A stretch of 64,000 nucleotides of DNA from Adineta vaga. Its lineage: Eukaryota; Animalia; Rotifera. The stretch lies in NCBI GenBank assembly GCA_021613535.1, contig CP075493.1, forward strand, positions 13,826,001-13,890,000, given 5' to 3'. The notes below the pieces were generated by a model, which was not told where the DNA came from, made no database searches, and saw nothing but the letters and a program-made list of their open reading frames with translations. A program made the position numbers and the translations under genes. Positions within the stretch are counted from its first letter, which is position 1; the number at the start of each line of letters is the position of its first letter. Below are positions 29,501 to 42,903 of this stretch, piece by piece.

Positions 29501-30136
29501 CTGATTTTGTGATGCAAAATATCGTATTGGAAGTTGATCGGACAATTGATCCGTTAATATTAAGATCTGATGAATTATTGTCGGATCATTTTTTTCAACC
29601 GATTTGAATAAAACTAATAAAATCGATAATAATGATTGAATAGCAAAATATGATAACTGTTCGGATTGAAACTTATCTTTCTGTTCTTGCAAATTTTCAG
29701 TCATATGATGTGTAAATGTTTGTGCAAATATAGATGCATTAACAAATTTGTTTTCTTCTAGTTTATTCATCAAAGCTGTTTCGAATTGTTGTTGATGTAT
29801 TTGTCGATCGTTAATTTCTATTCGAATTTGTTCATTCCGTTTTGTAAATATCGGAATAACTTCGTTCAGAAGTATATTATCGATTTCTCTATTGATATTT
29901 TCCCATTGAATTGGTTTTGTCAATACAAGTAAATAATCTCGAAGTCGTTCTCGAAATTCTGTTTGTGAATTAGGAATGTTATGATGATCATGATTAAATT
30001 CAATTGTATCCGAAGACGTTTGTAAGGGAAAAAAGAAACTGATATCATCTTTATCAACAGTGGATGCAATTGTTTCATTGGTGATTAAAGGAGTTTCAAT
30101 TGCGTGGAGATGAATTCTAATCAATGAATGGTTCAT
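20511..30136 (-). CDS. Giant (~3170 aa) HECT E3 ubiquitin ligase with a SPRY domain
   Basis: HECT motifs DAGGPYRD, ELEEAVCG and LPRSHTCF (catalytic Cys, after removing in-frame intron 20684-20737). SPRY: GKWYY..VQIGWAT..GVGDDKYSWSYDG. Intron 22561-22622 joins the two long ORFs in frame. Confidence 0.9.
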
Positions 30137-30421
30137 TCTTTTTGGTCAAAGCTAAGAAAGAAAAGAATAGAAACTAGATTGTATTTATCTGATTTAGGAT
30201 AGGAAAATGGCTTTTATTCAACTTATTAACCTTACAGAGGATAACTGAAAGAGATAAATGTATATTTGTAACGTTTGCAATACTGTATAGAAAGACACTT
30301 GAATGATGAATCGAGTGAAGAAATACCTTGAATTTCATGAAGCGAAACTGAATGACAAACGAATATTTTATTGTATGTATAGGTGAATTTTATTTTTCGA
30401 TTTGTTATCGTTCGTATAACT

Positions 30422-30436
30422 TGTGTGTGTGTGTGT
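30422..30436. repeat. (TG)n microsatellite
   Basis: tgtgtgtgtgtgtgt. Confidence 0.8.
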
Positions 30437-30711
30437 ATTTTTCTTGTTTCTATTTATTCTCCTATACATGAGTAATTCAATATACAAGAGAATAAGCAAA
30501 ATATAGCTCGTTTTTATACTTAATCGATTGTAACAGAAACGAAATCTTGAATAAGAAGATAGAAAAGTATCTTACGGATCTCAATAACTTCGTTCGCTTT
30601 TGTTAGTTGTAGATAATGTGAAACTGATAAGTTATTTCATGTCTTTATTAGTGATTTTTGGTTAAATTCATACAGTAGTGTATTGAGAGTGTGCAAAGAA
30701 ACTTTCGTTCA

Positions 30712-33132
30712 TCACATTTTTCTTTCTATACGTGCGATGATCATACAAATTGTCACGTTATCGGTATGTTCTTTCGGTAAACATATTGTAAAGATATCTC
30801 TAGCTTTTTTAGCATATTCAAGAGCTGATTTTAACTCGTTTGGCATTTGTTCGTATGTACGAGCCATATCGGTATACACTCGTGCGATATCAATATGATC
30901 AGAAGGTAACGCACGTAAGTAATTTTCCAAACAATCTTCATAATCTTGTAAGGCAAAAGCTGGTTTACATTCATAGATTTGTATAATATTAGCTATCTTT
31001 TGTCGAGTAAGCGATTGATTTGGATGTCCGGCAGGTAAATACTTATCGAATAATGACAGAGCTTTTTTATAATATAAACGTGCTCGTTCATGTTGTTGTT
31101 CAATCAAACGAAGATTGCCTAATCCAATAAGACACTGTGCTTTTTGTATGTAAGTTAAATATGATTGTTGAACTGCACAATCTATGAGTCCATCATGTGC
31201 TTGTTCAAACATTTCCATGGCTTTAGTATATGATGTAAATGCACGCTGAAACATTCCATTTCGTTCGTATGTGACACCGAGACCAAGACGACAAAGAGCA
31301 CGAAGAACATGCGTTGTGGAATTTTTTGGTTGTTCATGCGTTAAATAAGAGGGTAGACTTTGATTTAATACTGCATTATAATAAATAATACTTTGATCAA
31401 ATAACCCCTTTTCATTTGTTATTCGACCGAGTGCGTAATAGCATATAAATTTATAGTATGTTTTGTTATGTTCAAAATAGTTGCTTTCATTTCGATTCAC
31501 AATAAGGTCTTTAATAAATCCTAAGACTCCGCTTTTCTTATTTTCAGAATACGACGTTGATTGATATATTTCTTTCTCATCTATTTCTTCTGGTTCATAG
31601 ACCAATTCATCCAAATGTCGTATTAATTGTTTATAATACGACTGAGCTTCATCAAATTTTCCCGATTGAAAAAGTATATTACCAATATGCGGTGGCAATA
31701 ACATTGAATCTATGAAATTTGTTTTCATACAATCATACAGACTATCCCATTTACTTCTTAAAAAGCTGTCAAATTGATTACGTATCCCTAAACGTACATA
31801 CCATATACCTTTCTCACCGCGACGTATTTCAACTACATGAAAACACGAACCAGCCATAAATAGAACTTCTTGTTCTACTTCACCAAAGTAACTAAATTCA
31901 GTAATATTAGCAAATGGTCTCTCGAAAGTACTACAATTTTGCTCATCAATGTCTATTTCAAAAAGAACTCGATTTAATGATAGTTCGTTACGATCATCAT
32001 TTTCTCCCAGATACATTAATGCCAATTGTTTATTGAGACTAGTCGAAAGAAAGGATTTCATAGAAATAATATTTCCTAGTGATTTTCGTAAACCATTCAA
32101 TTCCTGTTTTGACATAAGTTGTCCTCGATACACGAAAAGCGAGTGATCATTGTCATTTGATTCAACCAAGAGTTTATCAGAATTATCGTACAGTTGTCGG
32201 TGTAAATCAATAATAAAGAAACGAAAAATAAGGATTAATCTTATATCATTCGTTCGAAGTGCTTTGTTGAGTAATTTATAAACAAATGAATCTCGTGTAT
32301 ACCAAGATAGAGCTTCATCCAATGTATAAGTTACTTCAAATTCTGCTATTTCCGTTAATTTAGAAGGTTCCATTATATATATCTCTCTACATGTTTTCAA
32401 GAACTCATTTTTACTTTTATCAAATGAGGAATAATCATCGAAAAATTTCGAAACACCAGCTAATTGAATGAAAGAATCGAGTAACATTTGTGAATACATA
32501 AAATCACCATTCATTCCCAATGATGAACGTTCATCAAAAGTATCAAATACAAATGGTTCTGTAATTTGTGCATGCGCGTGTACATCTGCTTCTATATGAT
32601 GGTATATATTTTGATTAAGTATATATCGTACCTAGTGATAAAGTCAATTTGAAAGCCATTTTATAAATTCGAAAATTCTTATATGACTCTTCCGGACATT
32701 TCTTTTGTCTATAATACTTTCTGATAGAGAACTACAGATGTATTTAACATTTTTTTCTCGAACTTTCTCGGATTTTTTACATAGTCATTGATTCTGTCAA
32801 GAAATTCTTACCTTAGGAAAGCGTTGAGATAAATGACGATTGCTATATTTTGTATCCGTATAAATACATTTTATATGGTGCATATCGTGAATTTGTGCTA
32901 AACATTTTTCATCAACTACAATTCTATTACTGGCTGTGTCGGTCACTATGAGTAAAACGTTTTCATTTGAAATCAATTGTAGACATTTTAAACAGTTGTC
33001 ACTATCGTCTTCCTCAAAGTAGAGTATGTGTTTAATTACATCTGTTCCATTTAACTGTTTCTCTTGTTCAGCATTGGGTTTTTGACTACCGAGCCATATG
33101 AGTGCATAAAATTTCTTTTTTTCAGATTCCAT
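30712..33132 (-). CDS. ADP-ribosyltransferase with TPR repeats (2 exons)
   Basis: WYTRDSF, VYRGQ, FLSTS and EQEVLF motifs, then TPRs. Phase-0 intron 32632-32811 joins ORF 32797-33156 to ORF 30712-32520. Confidence 0.85.
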
Positions 33133-33306
33133 CAACAGCACACAAGTATGCAACAAAAAAATGTTACCTTAATGATCTAACTTCGTATGACGAGAGAAAT
33201 TTTCTTCATAGTTATGCAAAAACCCTACAACTAACACACAGCACTTGTTGGTGTGCAAAATAAGAAGCAGAAAAATGTGATTGTTAACTGAAGAATATGA
33301 AGAAAA

Positions 33307-33564
33307 GATTTTGTGGATAGAGTGTAGGTGTGGATGAGAGTGATGAAAGAAAAGATATTCTTATCACACCTTCAAAACCCTATGACTAACGAGTGTTTGT
33401 AAAGACACATACAAAAATTGATAAGTCACATAATACTTAAATCTTCGATTCATTGATACTTCCGTTATTGCATTGTCTCATCCATATCGATAGATCTGCA
33501 CCCACAGTTTCAAAACCTGAGATTCTACCTCTTTCAGCGCTCACACCCTCACCCATCCACAATC
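33307..33564. repeat. Telomere-like inverted repeat C, long (~260 bp) form
   Basis: Left arm gattttgtggatagagtgtaggtgtggatgagagtgatgaaaga; right arm tctttcagcgctcacaccctcacccatccacaatc; a partial inner arm lies at 33363-33372. Confidence 0.6.
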
Positions 33565-33791
33565 ATCAAAAACTTCAGCCATAACTATCCTAAAATTTGA
33601 CATCACAGTTACTGACGTTACTTTGTCAAGAAATGGCTGTAGAAATAAAATATAAATCATGAAGATAAGAAGAATTTATTTATCAAAAGGTAATTCGATT
33701 CTAAGCTAAACAATGTGGTAAGACTAGAGTAACGTTGTTTCAGATTAGAGGAGTTGCGTGAACGCTTCAAGACTTAATCGAAATTATAGTA

Positions 33792-35481
33792 GTGAACCAT
33801 CCACAATCAGATGATATACAGCAACAATTGATTCTTCAAATAGTACAGCCTTTATTTGATTCACACTCTACGAGATTTCGTAGTCCAATGCCATTCAATG
33901 TATTTGACCCATCAGAGAGTACACATACGAATTTATCGACAGAAAACGGTAATTTTTTGTGCATGCAACTACTAGTCGAAGTTTTAATACGAATGTCATC
34001 ATTATCAGACACAATGAATGAATTGTTTCACATATTCTCTGAATTTCTTTGTTAAGATGAATCCAAATAGTTAAAAATCTCTGAATTCATATCAAGCTAC
34101 ACTTCATCCAATGCAATTCAATGGTACATACGAGAGTCTTTCGTTTTTGAACTTGTAAACAAAGTACTTCGTAGCAAAGATATCGATAAATTAATTACAT
34201 TACGTTTGCTAATACGTGACATTTATTATCAATTACGAAAAGAGCAAAAACATTTGACAGATATTAATGCAACTGTATATCGTGGACAAGTTATGAGTTT
34301 AAAAGAATTAAAAAATCTACGAGACAATATCGGTAATTTAATATCGATGAATAGTTTTCTCTCGACTAGCAAAGCTCGTGATGTTGCTCAAATGTTTGCT
34401 GAATCATCTACCCATCCAAATGATAATTCACGAGCACGAATCTTATTTGAATTCATACTACTACAACCCGAACGGATCCCAAGACATTCGCAGAAATAAG
34501 TCATCTCGGTTCATATGGTGACGAAGAAGAAATTTTATTTATGCTAGGATCTGTTTTCAAATTGCAAGATATGGATTACGATGAAGATGACAAATTGTGG
34601 ATTGTCAAACTTGTTCTCTGTGGAGAAAATGATAATGAATTGAAAGATGTTTTGATATCCATGAAAAACGATATAATCGAACGTCCAAGTTTAACTTCAG
34701 TTGGTCTTGTATTGAAAAAGATGGGTGATATTGACAGAGCAGCCAAATGTTTTCAACAACATATGGATTCTTAACAATCTGATGATTTTTCGAAACTTGC
34801 AGTTTGCTATCATAATTTAGGAAATATCGCTCGCGTCAAAAGATGTTATCAAAAAGCATTAGAAACCTTGAATATGTCACTTGGTATGAGATTAAATTTA
34901 CGATCAATCTAAAAATCTTCGTTAACAACCTTATATAATGATATGAAAGATTATAAGAAAGCACACACTGTGATGATGTATTACTTGCAACTTTATACGA
35001 TAATATTGGTGTTATCTATAGACATCAACACAATTATGATTTTACTTTGGAAAATTACAGTAAATGTTTGAAAATTCGAAAGAAATTTCTTCCAGATGAT
35101 CATCCGAAATTTGCTGGAACATTGATGAATATCGGCACTGCGTATTCCAATAAGAATGAACAGACAATAGCACTATCCTACATGCAAAAAGCATTGGACA
35201 TTGAACTGAAATCTCTTCCGTGCAATCATATAGAACTAGGATCTTCATATAATAACATTGGACTCGTCTACACATTGACGAACGAATTAAAATTAGCACT
35301 TCGACATGTACGATTGGCGAATAAAAATTTTCGAATAAATCTGCCGTCTGGACATCCACGAATCATAGATACAGATGATACCATCGAAAGAATACCAAAA
35401 CACATGCAAACACATCGATCATTTCAGCAAACAAATTCGGTACAAAATATTGTTAAGAGTGTGAGCGTGGTAATCGTATGA
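33792..35481 (+). pseudogene. ART-TPR pseudogene
   Basis: WYIRESF, VYRGQ, FLSTS, EEEILF and TPRs are interrupted by stops (34053, 34068, 34772, 34910) and two frameshifts (~34465, ~34965). Confidence 0.85.
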
Positions 35482-35965
35482 GATTCATAACGATACACAC
35501 ATTCATCCTCTAGATAAGCATAAAGCATCACTTTCAGATAAAGGAAGAGTATGACTGGTTGGTGAAAGAATGATTTATAACAATTATATCAATACTACTG
35601 GAATTGATTAATATAAATTATTTATTCTTTTTCTTTTCATTACATATAAATATAAAATCTAATCAAAGTTTTCATCTGTATCTTGTTCAGTTGGATATAC
35701 AGACTTGTGTGTGACTGCACGATGATCAGTATGATAGAAGATAGATAGTCTTATCTGTATTTATCTTTACTCTCAATAGCAGGTGGAACGAATAATTTTC
35801 GTATTTAGTTTTTTCTTCTTTTTTATTTATCGTATTGTATACTTGTCTCGTTCTATCACTCGACATTTTTTTCTAAATCTGAAATGGGAAAAAAACAATC
35901 TGGTGAAGAAACGGAGAAAGGCAACATGATATGTGCGTGTTTTTTTCTTTACAAGCACAATTTTC

Positions 35966-37723
35966 ATGGATAACATTCGTTTACGTACCGTTCTTCGAAA
36001 TCTGCAAGGTCGCTTAAGTAATGATGATCGAAAACGTCTTCAGTTTTTTCTTGGTAATGATATTCCTCGAAGAATTCGAGATGATTCATCATTAGGTGGT
36101 ACTATTTTCCAAATAGATTGTTTTTTTAATCAAGATAAAATTAATCAGGAAGATCTTACTTATCTTATTAATACATTTGATCAAATCTGTTGTTTTGATG
36201 CAGCAAAATTATTAAAAGGTTTGTTTATTTTTTTTCAATTCCTATAATTATTTTCTGTTATGTTTAGAACATTTAAATCGAACTCAAATCACTGGATCCA
36301 ATCAATTGGCACACAATTTGTCATTAATAGTGCCACCGATCATAGAACATTTTCTTCAGAATGAAGGTGAAGAAGAAGAAGAAGAAGAAGAAGAAGATAA
36401 TCAAACAATTGTAAAATCTTGTAAGTATAATATATGGTTTAATGTTTGAACTTCATTTTAGTTTCTATTACAGAACAGAATAATTCTCGTACAAATATTA
36501 CTGAAGATAGAAGAGATTTGTCTTTGATTCTAAAAAGAAAATCATTAATTCGAAAATGTATTTTCTTATTTATTTTCTTCTCATTTGTTATATTATTAAT
36601 TTCCTTTACTTCTTGGAATCATATAAATATTCGTCAATTAAAAACAAATCATATGAAAGTAATTAAAATGATACAACAGATACAAATAGATCAAAGTGAT
36701 CTTCTTTTGTTAATAAAACAAAATCAAAATCAATCAACAATAACGACGATAAATAAAAGTAAGGAAAATATTCTTTCTGAAAGTCTGTTGACAATTTCGT
36801 TTCAATTCAAAATTTTATGTATATATTCAGGATCAAAATTTAAAACATATGCTCATATTGTTGCGGGAGGCAGTGGATATGGAATAGAATTAAATCAATT
36901 GTCTGGTCCTTATGGAGTATTTGTTGATAAAGAAAAAACGATGTTCATTACTGATTATTATAATCATCGAATTATTCAATGGAAACTTAATGAAACGAGA
37001 GGACAAATCATTGCAGGTGGAAATGCAAATGGAACGAGAATAGATCAATTGAATTATCCAACAGATGTGATTGTTGATCGAGAAAATCATTCAGTGATCA
37101 TTGCTGATTGATGGAATAGTCGAGTTATTCGATGGTTTAATGATGAAGAACAGGAAATTCTTATTCAGAATATTGATTGTTATGGTCTAGCAGTGGCTAA
37201 CCAAGATTTTCTTTACGTTTCTGATACGCAGAAGCATGAAGTTCGACGATGGAAAATTGGAGAGAAAGAAGAAGAAGGAACTGTAGTAGCTGGTGGAAAT
37301 AAACAAGGAAATCAACTTAATCAACTTAACTTTCCTGCTCACATCTTCGTTGATAAAGAACAATCAATTTATGTATCAGATAGTAATAATCATCGAGTAA
37401 TGAAATGGATGAAAGATGCTCGAGATGGAATTATTATGGCTGGAGGAAATGGTCAAGGAGGAAATTTGAGTCAATTGCATCATCCTCAAGGACTGATTGC
37501 TGATCAATATGGTCAAATCTATGTGACCGATTGTTACAATCATCGAATAATGCGATGGTATGAAGGAGATAGCGAAGGTGAAATTGTTGTGGGCGGATTT
37601 GGTGAAGGAAATCAGTTAAATCAATTAAGCTATCCTCGTGATCTGTCATTTGATTTAGATGGAAACTTATATGTTTCTGACTCTTGGAATAATCGAATCG
37701 TTCGATTTGATTTAATTTTGTAA
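35966..37723 (+). CDS. Death effector domain, poly-Glu linker, TM helix and NHL repeats; one in-frame TGA
   Basis: DED-like N-terminus (LSNDDRKRLQFFL..IP..KINQEDLTYL..FDQI) and TM CIFLFIFFSFVILLISF. Introns 36219-36267, 36421-36461 and 36759-36830. NHL repeats continue in the same frame across TGA 37109-37111. Confidence 0.75.
36369..36395 (+). repeat. (GAA)9 coding microsatellite (poly-Glu)
   Basis: Direct reading; lies in exon 2 of the DED-NHL gene. Confidence 0.85.
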
Positions 37724-38147
37724 CTGAACTTTTATTCGGCATAGTTTTTTTTTGTTTCAAGAAAATGAAAAGAGAGTGAGGATATGGTAACGCTTTACAC
37801 ATGAGACGGTTTCTACCTTAACTTGATTTGTGATTTATACCAACAAATTTGCATGTTTTCATTTCACATGATTGGACAAAATACTCTTGTCTTAAAACAA
37901 ACAAAGAAATATACGTAAATGTTGCAACATAGTTGCGCAAAAGGCATGACGTTGATGCTTATACACTATTTCGCTTCGCTTTGCAAACAGAATAGAAAAA
38001 ATAACCAAGCGACGACAATGACTGTTGATACATGTTACCATTCTTCCACAGTTTTTCAATGCCATTGTGAATTTTGTTTTCAAAAATATCTCGAAAAAAT
38101 AGACTAACATTTTCGTTTATTTCACGTAACACTGTGAAATAATAATC

Positions 38148-40789
38148 ATGTCAACTACTCAATGGTCTTCGGCGTTCAATACAAGCGAAGATGTAATAGA
38201 ACAGTTTAAGACGAAATTAGACGAACTTGTAGAAGAAGCAACAAATAACATGAATAATGAAGACAGATCGAGCATTGAAATGACGAAAGTATGGCAAAAA
38301 GGTCTAACATTGTGGAAAACTACGATCAATTACTTGATCAATTCGACGACAACGCCTAATGTTACAACGTATGAAGATTGTTCATATTTATTTTACAATA
38401 AAATTTACAACAGTCTGGATTTTGTACAACGATTAGAAAAAGACGATTCTCTTTGTTACGAAGTGTTTTATTCTTGTCTCGATTTGTTAAATATGCTCGT
38501 TGTTAATCAACATCATTTGAACAGTGACGATATCGACATATCAGAGAATAATGTCATTAACAATTATTTCTATATAGTACTCTATTTATGTCGTGCAGCT
38601 TGTAATTATGTTCTGTTTTCTGATGAGCTAGTCAATGATTATATGTCGTTTCTAACGATTTTAAAAGCATATGCTGATAAGAAAGTCACAAGTGAATTAG
38701 AATCTGAACAGGAACAATTTGATCGAGTTACTACTGAAATTTTAATCTTCTTTTGGTGTATGGCAAATCGTACAATACTCGTTCCATCACTAATTCTCCT
38801 TAATTTACCAAGTAGTGCTGTTCGATGGCTATCTAATTCTGGTTGTTTGAATGCAACAGCGACGGAACCACTCATTAGAATCATTTACAATATGGCACGA
38901 CACGACGATGGTGCCGATGAATATAACAATCTAGGTGCTATGGAAATAATCAAAGAATATCAAAGAAGGTAAATATTGCTTCGGAGTTCTTAAAATAATT
39001 ATAATGCAACTGTTGTATTCTCATTTCAGAGATGAAATTGCATGTAACAATCAATTATCACTGTGTTGTTCTTTAGCAATTGCTCATCTATCCACTCCTG
39101 AACAACTCAAACAAGATCAAAAAGGTATGAATGTCGTTCTTAATCGATTACTGGAATTAACTATGGAAGCTGCAACTAAGAAAGATTTTACATGCGAAGG
39201 TGTTCGTTATCATGTTTCACATCTCGTAGCTGTCCTAGCAAAATTGTTTGTTGTTGATGAGCGAACAGTGGATTATATTATGACTCATGCAGAAACTGAA
39301 CCACCATCAAACACAACATCTAATATCAAGCTATTTGCCGATCTTCTTATTGCTTTCAGTGATTTAATCACTAGTAGAGATTCTCTCAATCAATTCGCAT
39401 GTATTGCTCTCTACAACATCGTTTGGAGTATTTCATTTCAATCAGAATATCAAGAAGAATTAAAAGCAAACAAACAACTGATAGATACTATCCAGCGATT
39501 GGCAGACGATGAACGCAGTCAAATGTGCGATCAATACAAGCCACGAGCTCTGCAAAGTATCAAAAAAGCAGCTGACGGTATCTTGTACAATTTGCATCTA
39601 GAAACAAATGTGGATACTATGCCAGTTGTCCGATCAAAGCGAGCACCGATTGGTCGTTCAAGATCTCCAGAGCAGAAAGATATCAAAGATACGGAGATGT
39701 ATGTATAGATACAGGAATATTAAATCAGACCAAATGAAAATTCATTTCTTAACTAATTACACATTGAAATCGTATCATCTGCACCTTCACAATAAAAATA
39801 ATTATGTGCATTTTTTCTTTGTCTGTAGATCTTCCGACAAAAAAAAACAACTATCAACCAATGATAGTTTGCCACTAGTCATGTTCAGTTATGCACATAA
39901 AGATGATAAGTTTTGTTATCATATTTTAAAAGAACTTGAACAAATGAATACTACATTGAAAGTCTGGATTGATATTCAGCAATGTGCTAAGGGAGATCTA
40001 TGGGAAAAAATTGCTGATGCTATTGAAAATGCCGAGGTTATTCTTTGTTTTATATCGGAATATTATCATCAAAGTAAATCGTGTCGACAAGAATTTACCT
40101 ATGCTGTTGATGATTTGCAAAAGCCTATTATTCCTATACTCATTGGCGATTATAAACCAAAAGGGTGGTTAGGTATGTTGATAGTTCTGTTTCTCAACAA
40201 TGTCATATACTTTTTTTCTAATCCAGGAATAAGAAAAGCAGGCATGAAATATATTCGATTTCGTAATACTAACGAACCGAAACAGTCTGAAATTCAAGAT
40301 TTAATCGAACGAGTTCGAACTGAAATCACACATGATAAAAACATCATTATAAATTTAACAGCACCTTCACACTATGACACCTCTAAAGAAGTTATTCAGC
40401 AGAAGAGTCCAATTGAAGACATCCATTCAACTACTGTCGTTTTTCCTCCGATTACGGAATGGACAACTAGTGATATACGTCAATGGTTTTATCAACATGG
40501 AATTATGGATGAAATTCATGATCTCTTTCGATTCCAATCAGGAATAGAAATGCTTGATTATGCTCAAATTTTGGTTAGAAATCGAGATGAACAAGAAAAA
40601 ATATACACACAAATCTTTACACAAAAATACAGCGGTCAACTTCTGCCACCACATGAATTCAATCGATTTGTCAAAGCAATGGAACAATTATTCAAAGAAA
40701 ATTCTACTGAAGATACAACAAATAAGGAAACAAAACAGTTAACGACACTAAAATCAAGCAAAAAATCATCAACATGCATGATCTTATGA
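38148..40789 (+). CDS. ARM-like repeats, TIR domain and SAM-like tail (4 exons)
   Basis: TIR_2 pattern VMFSYAHKD..VWID..IADAIENA..ISEYYHQSKSCRQE. Introns 38969-39029, 39699-39828 and 40173-40226 are all phase-consistent. C-terminal ITEWTTSDIRQWF is SAM-like. Confidence 0.85.
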
Positions 40790-41801
40790 TCTAGATTACT
40801 TGTAATTTTTGAGAAGAACTATCTGTACTCTCTGATATTTGATAATTTATCAAATTAAAATCAGTGTGATGAACAGAGAGGCAAAAAAAGTAATTTTATT
40901 GCATCTTAAATTATCACAGAAAATGACTGATTTATTCTTCCCCAAAATAGTTTTTAATTGTTATTAGTGAATGAAAGAGAAAGATTACAGTAGGCAGGTG
41001 TACAGATGATCGTAAAGTATCTTCTTATGTATAGTTGTCATTCAGCGCAGTAGTGTTAAATACAAATAGATGTTGCTATTCGATAGGTAAACATCTGACA
41101 ACTAAAATGTACTTTTTAAAAGTAGACGAACGGTATTGGGGCGCTTCTTTTTTCGTATGATATCTACTTTTAATAAAGTTTTCTTTTACGTTCTACCTGT
41201 GCGTTCGTTGTTAAACTAAATAAAAAAACCATGTGGATTCTGGACAGGTAAGACACGGACGAGTGATGAAATTGAAGTAATGTCGATATCTAAGAGCATT
41301 TATTTATTGTGATTTTTTTTCGCTATAAATACTTGTCGTACAGAGTCATATAATATTGGTAATAGTGAACAACTCGCGAAGAAAGAGGACGATTATTTAG
41401 GCTATTTGATCGGTACAAAACAGATCAGTGATATTTCAATTCAAGCATGATGAAGAAGGTTTGTTTTTTTCTCATCGTTTTTTACAACAAAAAATAAAAA
41501 GGGTGTCATATGTAGCTATTGAACGATTACTTATACTCACAGACTAGTTAGATCGGATCTAACTATTCTTTTCATAGACATCTGTTAATTCTCAAATTAA
41601 CTAGAGTATAATAAAATCATGGGTTTGGAATTTTACCAATGAAAACAGTAAATTTATAGGATTCTCGATGGATACTTAGTTTGCAGTGGTGAAAATAGTA
41701 GTCTTAAATTATACAGTACACTCGAAGTCCGTCAAAAACTGATTGTTCTTTTATAAGAAAGGAGATCTTCGATTGATGGAAATGACATATCAGCAATAAA
41801 C

Positions 41802-42089
41802 GTGCATGAAGACCAACCGCCGATCAATGAAACAGAAAGTCCAAATTCAGTTCGTAATCCATACAATTCTGAAAAAATATCTCAGAACCATGTTGAATCA
41901 ACACAATCACAAAGAACTTCAAAACATCTGTATATTTTTCCTTTCAATCTCAATCGAATCTCACATCTATTTCTTTTCAGGTTTGGATCGATCACATGTA
42001 TAAAGCCATCTGCCATGGTAACCTTGGTATTTTTCATATTTATTTGCATAGCAACTGTGGTCAGTGATTTCTTGGACATGGTGATGTAA
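41802..42089 (+). pseudogene. Possible small membrane-protein gene remnant
   Basis: Short ORF with an intron-like T-rich segment ending ttttcag (41980) and a hydrophobic stretch; no family recognised. Confidence 0.2.
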
Positions 42090-42211
42090 CATTTGCTAAT
42101 GTAATCATGTATTCTACTGGATTTGTATACTGATCTTTTGATGGACATTATTGTTACGAATTTTGGCAAGAGTCATGTTGATATTTTATTGCAAATATGC
42201 TAATAACATTT

Positions 42212-42294
42212 TCTTATGTGTAGATGATAGAACTCTTCGTAACCTTTTTTTTTATAAACGGAATTATATAGCATCTATCATTCACACTCTCAAG
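42212..42294. repeat. Degenerate intergenic palindrome H
   Basis: gtgtagatgataga pairs with tctatcattcacac (12/14); the right end cacactctcaa is identical to that of palindrome E. Confidence 0.5.
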
Positions 42295-42903
42295 ATATCA
42301 TCATGACCATGAATAATAATGAATGAATTTCACTGTGAAAGTCTGATTATTTTTACTCCAAAACAGATATATCATTGAACAAAATTTCCATGTCCATCTT
42401 CACAATCAAAAAGAATTAGTTTGGCTCGTCGTAACAACAACAACAACAGCTAAAGAGAGATTTTAAATATTTGCGATAACATACACGATACTGTTGATAA
42501 GACGTATTTCTATTTCGCTTTAGTATAATAGAACAGTAGCGAATATACCTTTAGTAAAAATTTAATCGAGTATTTTTATCTTCTGCATATTTTATTGGTG
42601 TACTTATTCATTATTCGATTCAAATATATTATACGACTATGATAGAGGCAATCGGTTATACATGATTGAATTTCATCATGATACAGTCGTAATATGCGCA
42701 AAAGTCCAACGTAATGTATTTTATTTGTTCTATGTACAATCTATTTCTCGTTAAAAAGTATATATGATGAACATTAACGATGAAATAAATCGTTTTCTTT
42801 TTTTTCGATTTGACGATTGTGAGTTGTAACGTGAAATGATCATATGTGTGAGCGAATTTTTTCGATGAACAGTTTTAGGTAAATGCAGGGACAATGAAGC
42901 AGA

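Noticed and set aside
37109-37111. Selenocysteine codon
   Set aside because: Variable non-catalytic NHL position; no SECIS recognised
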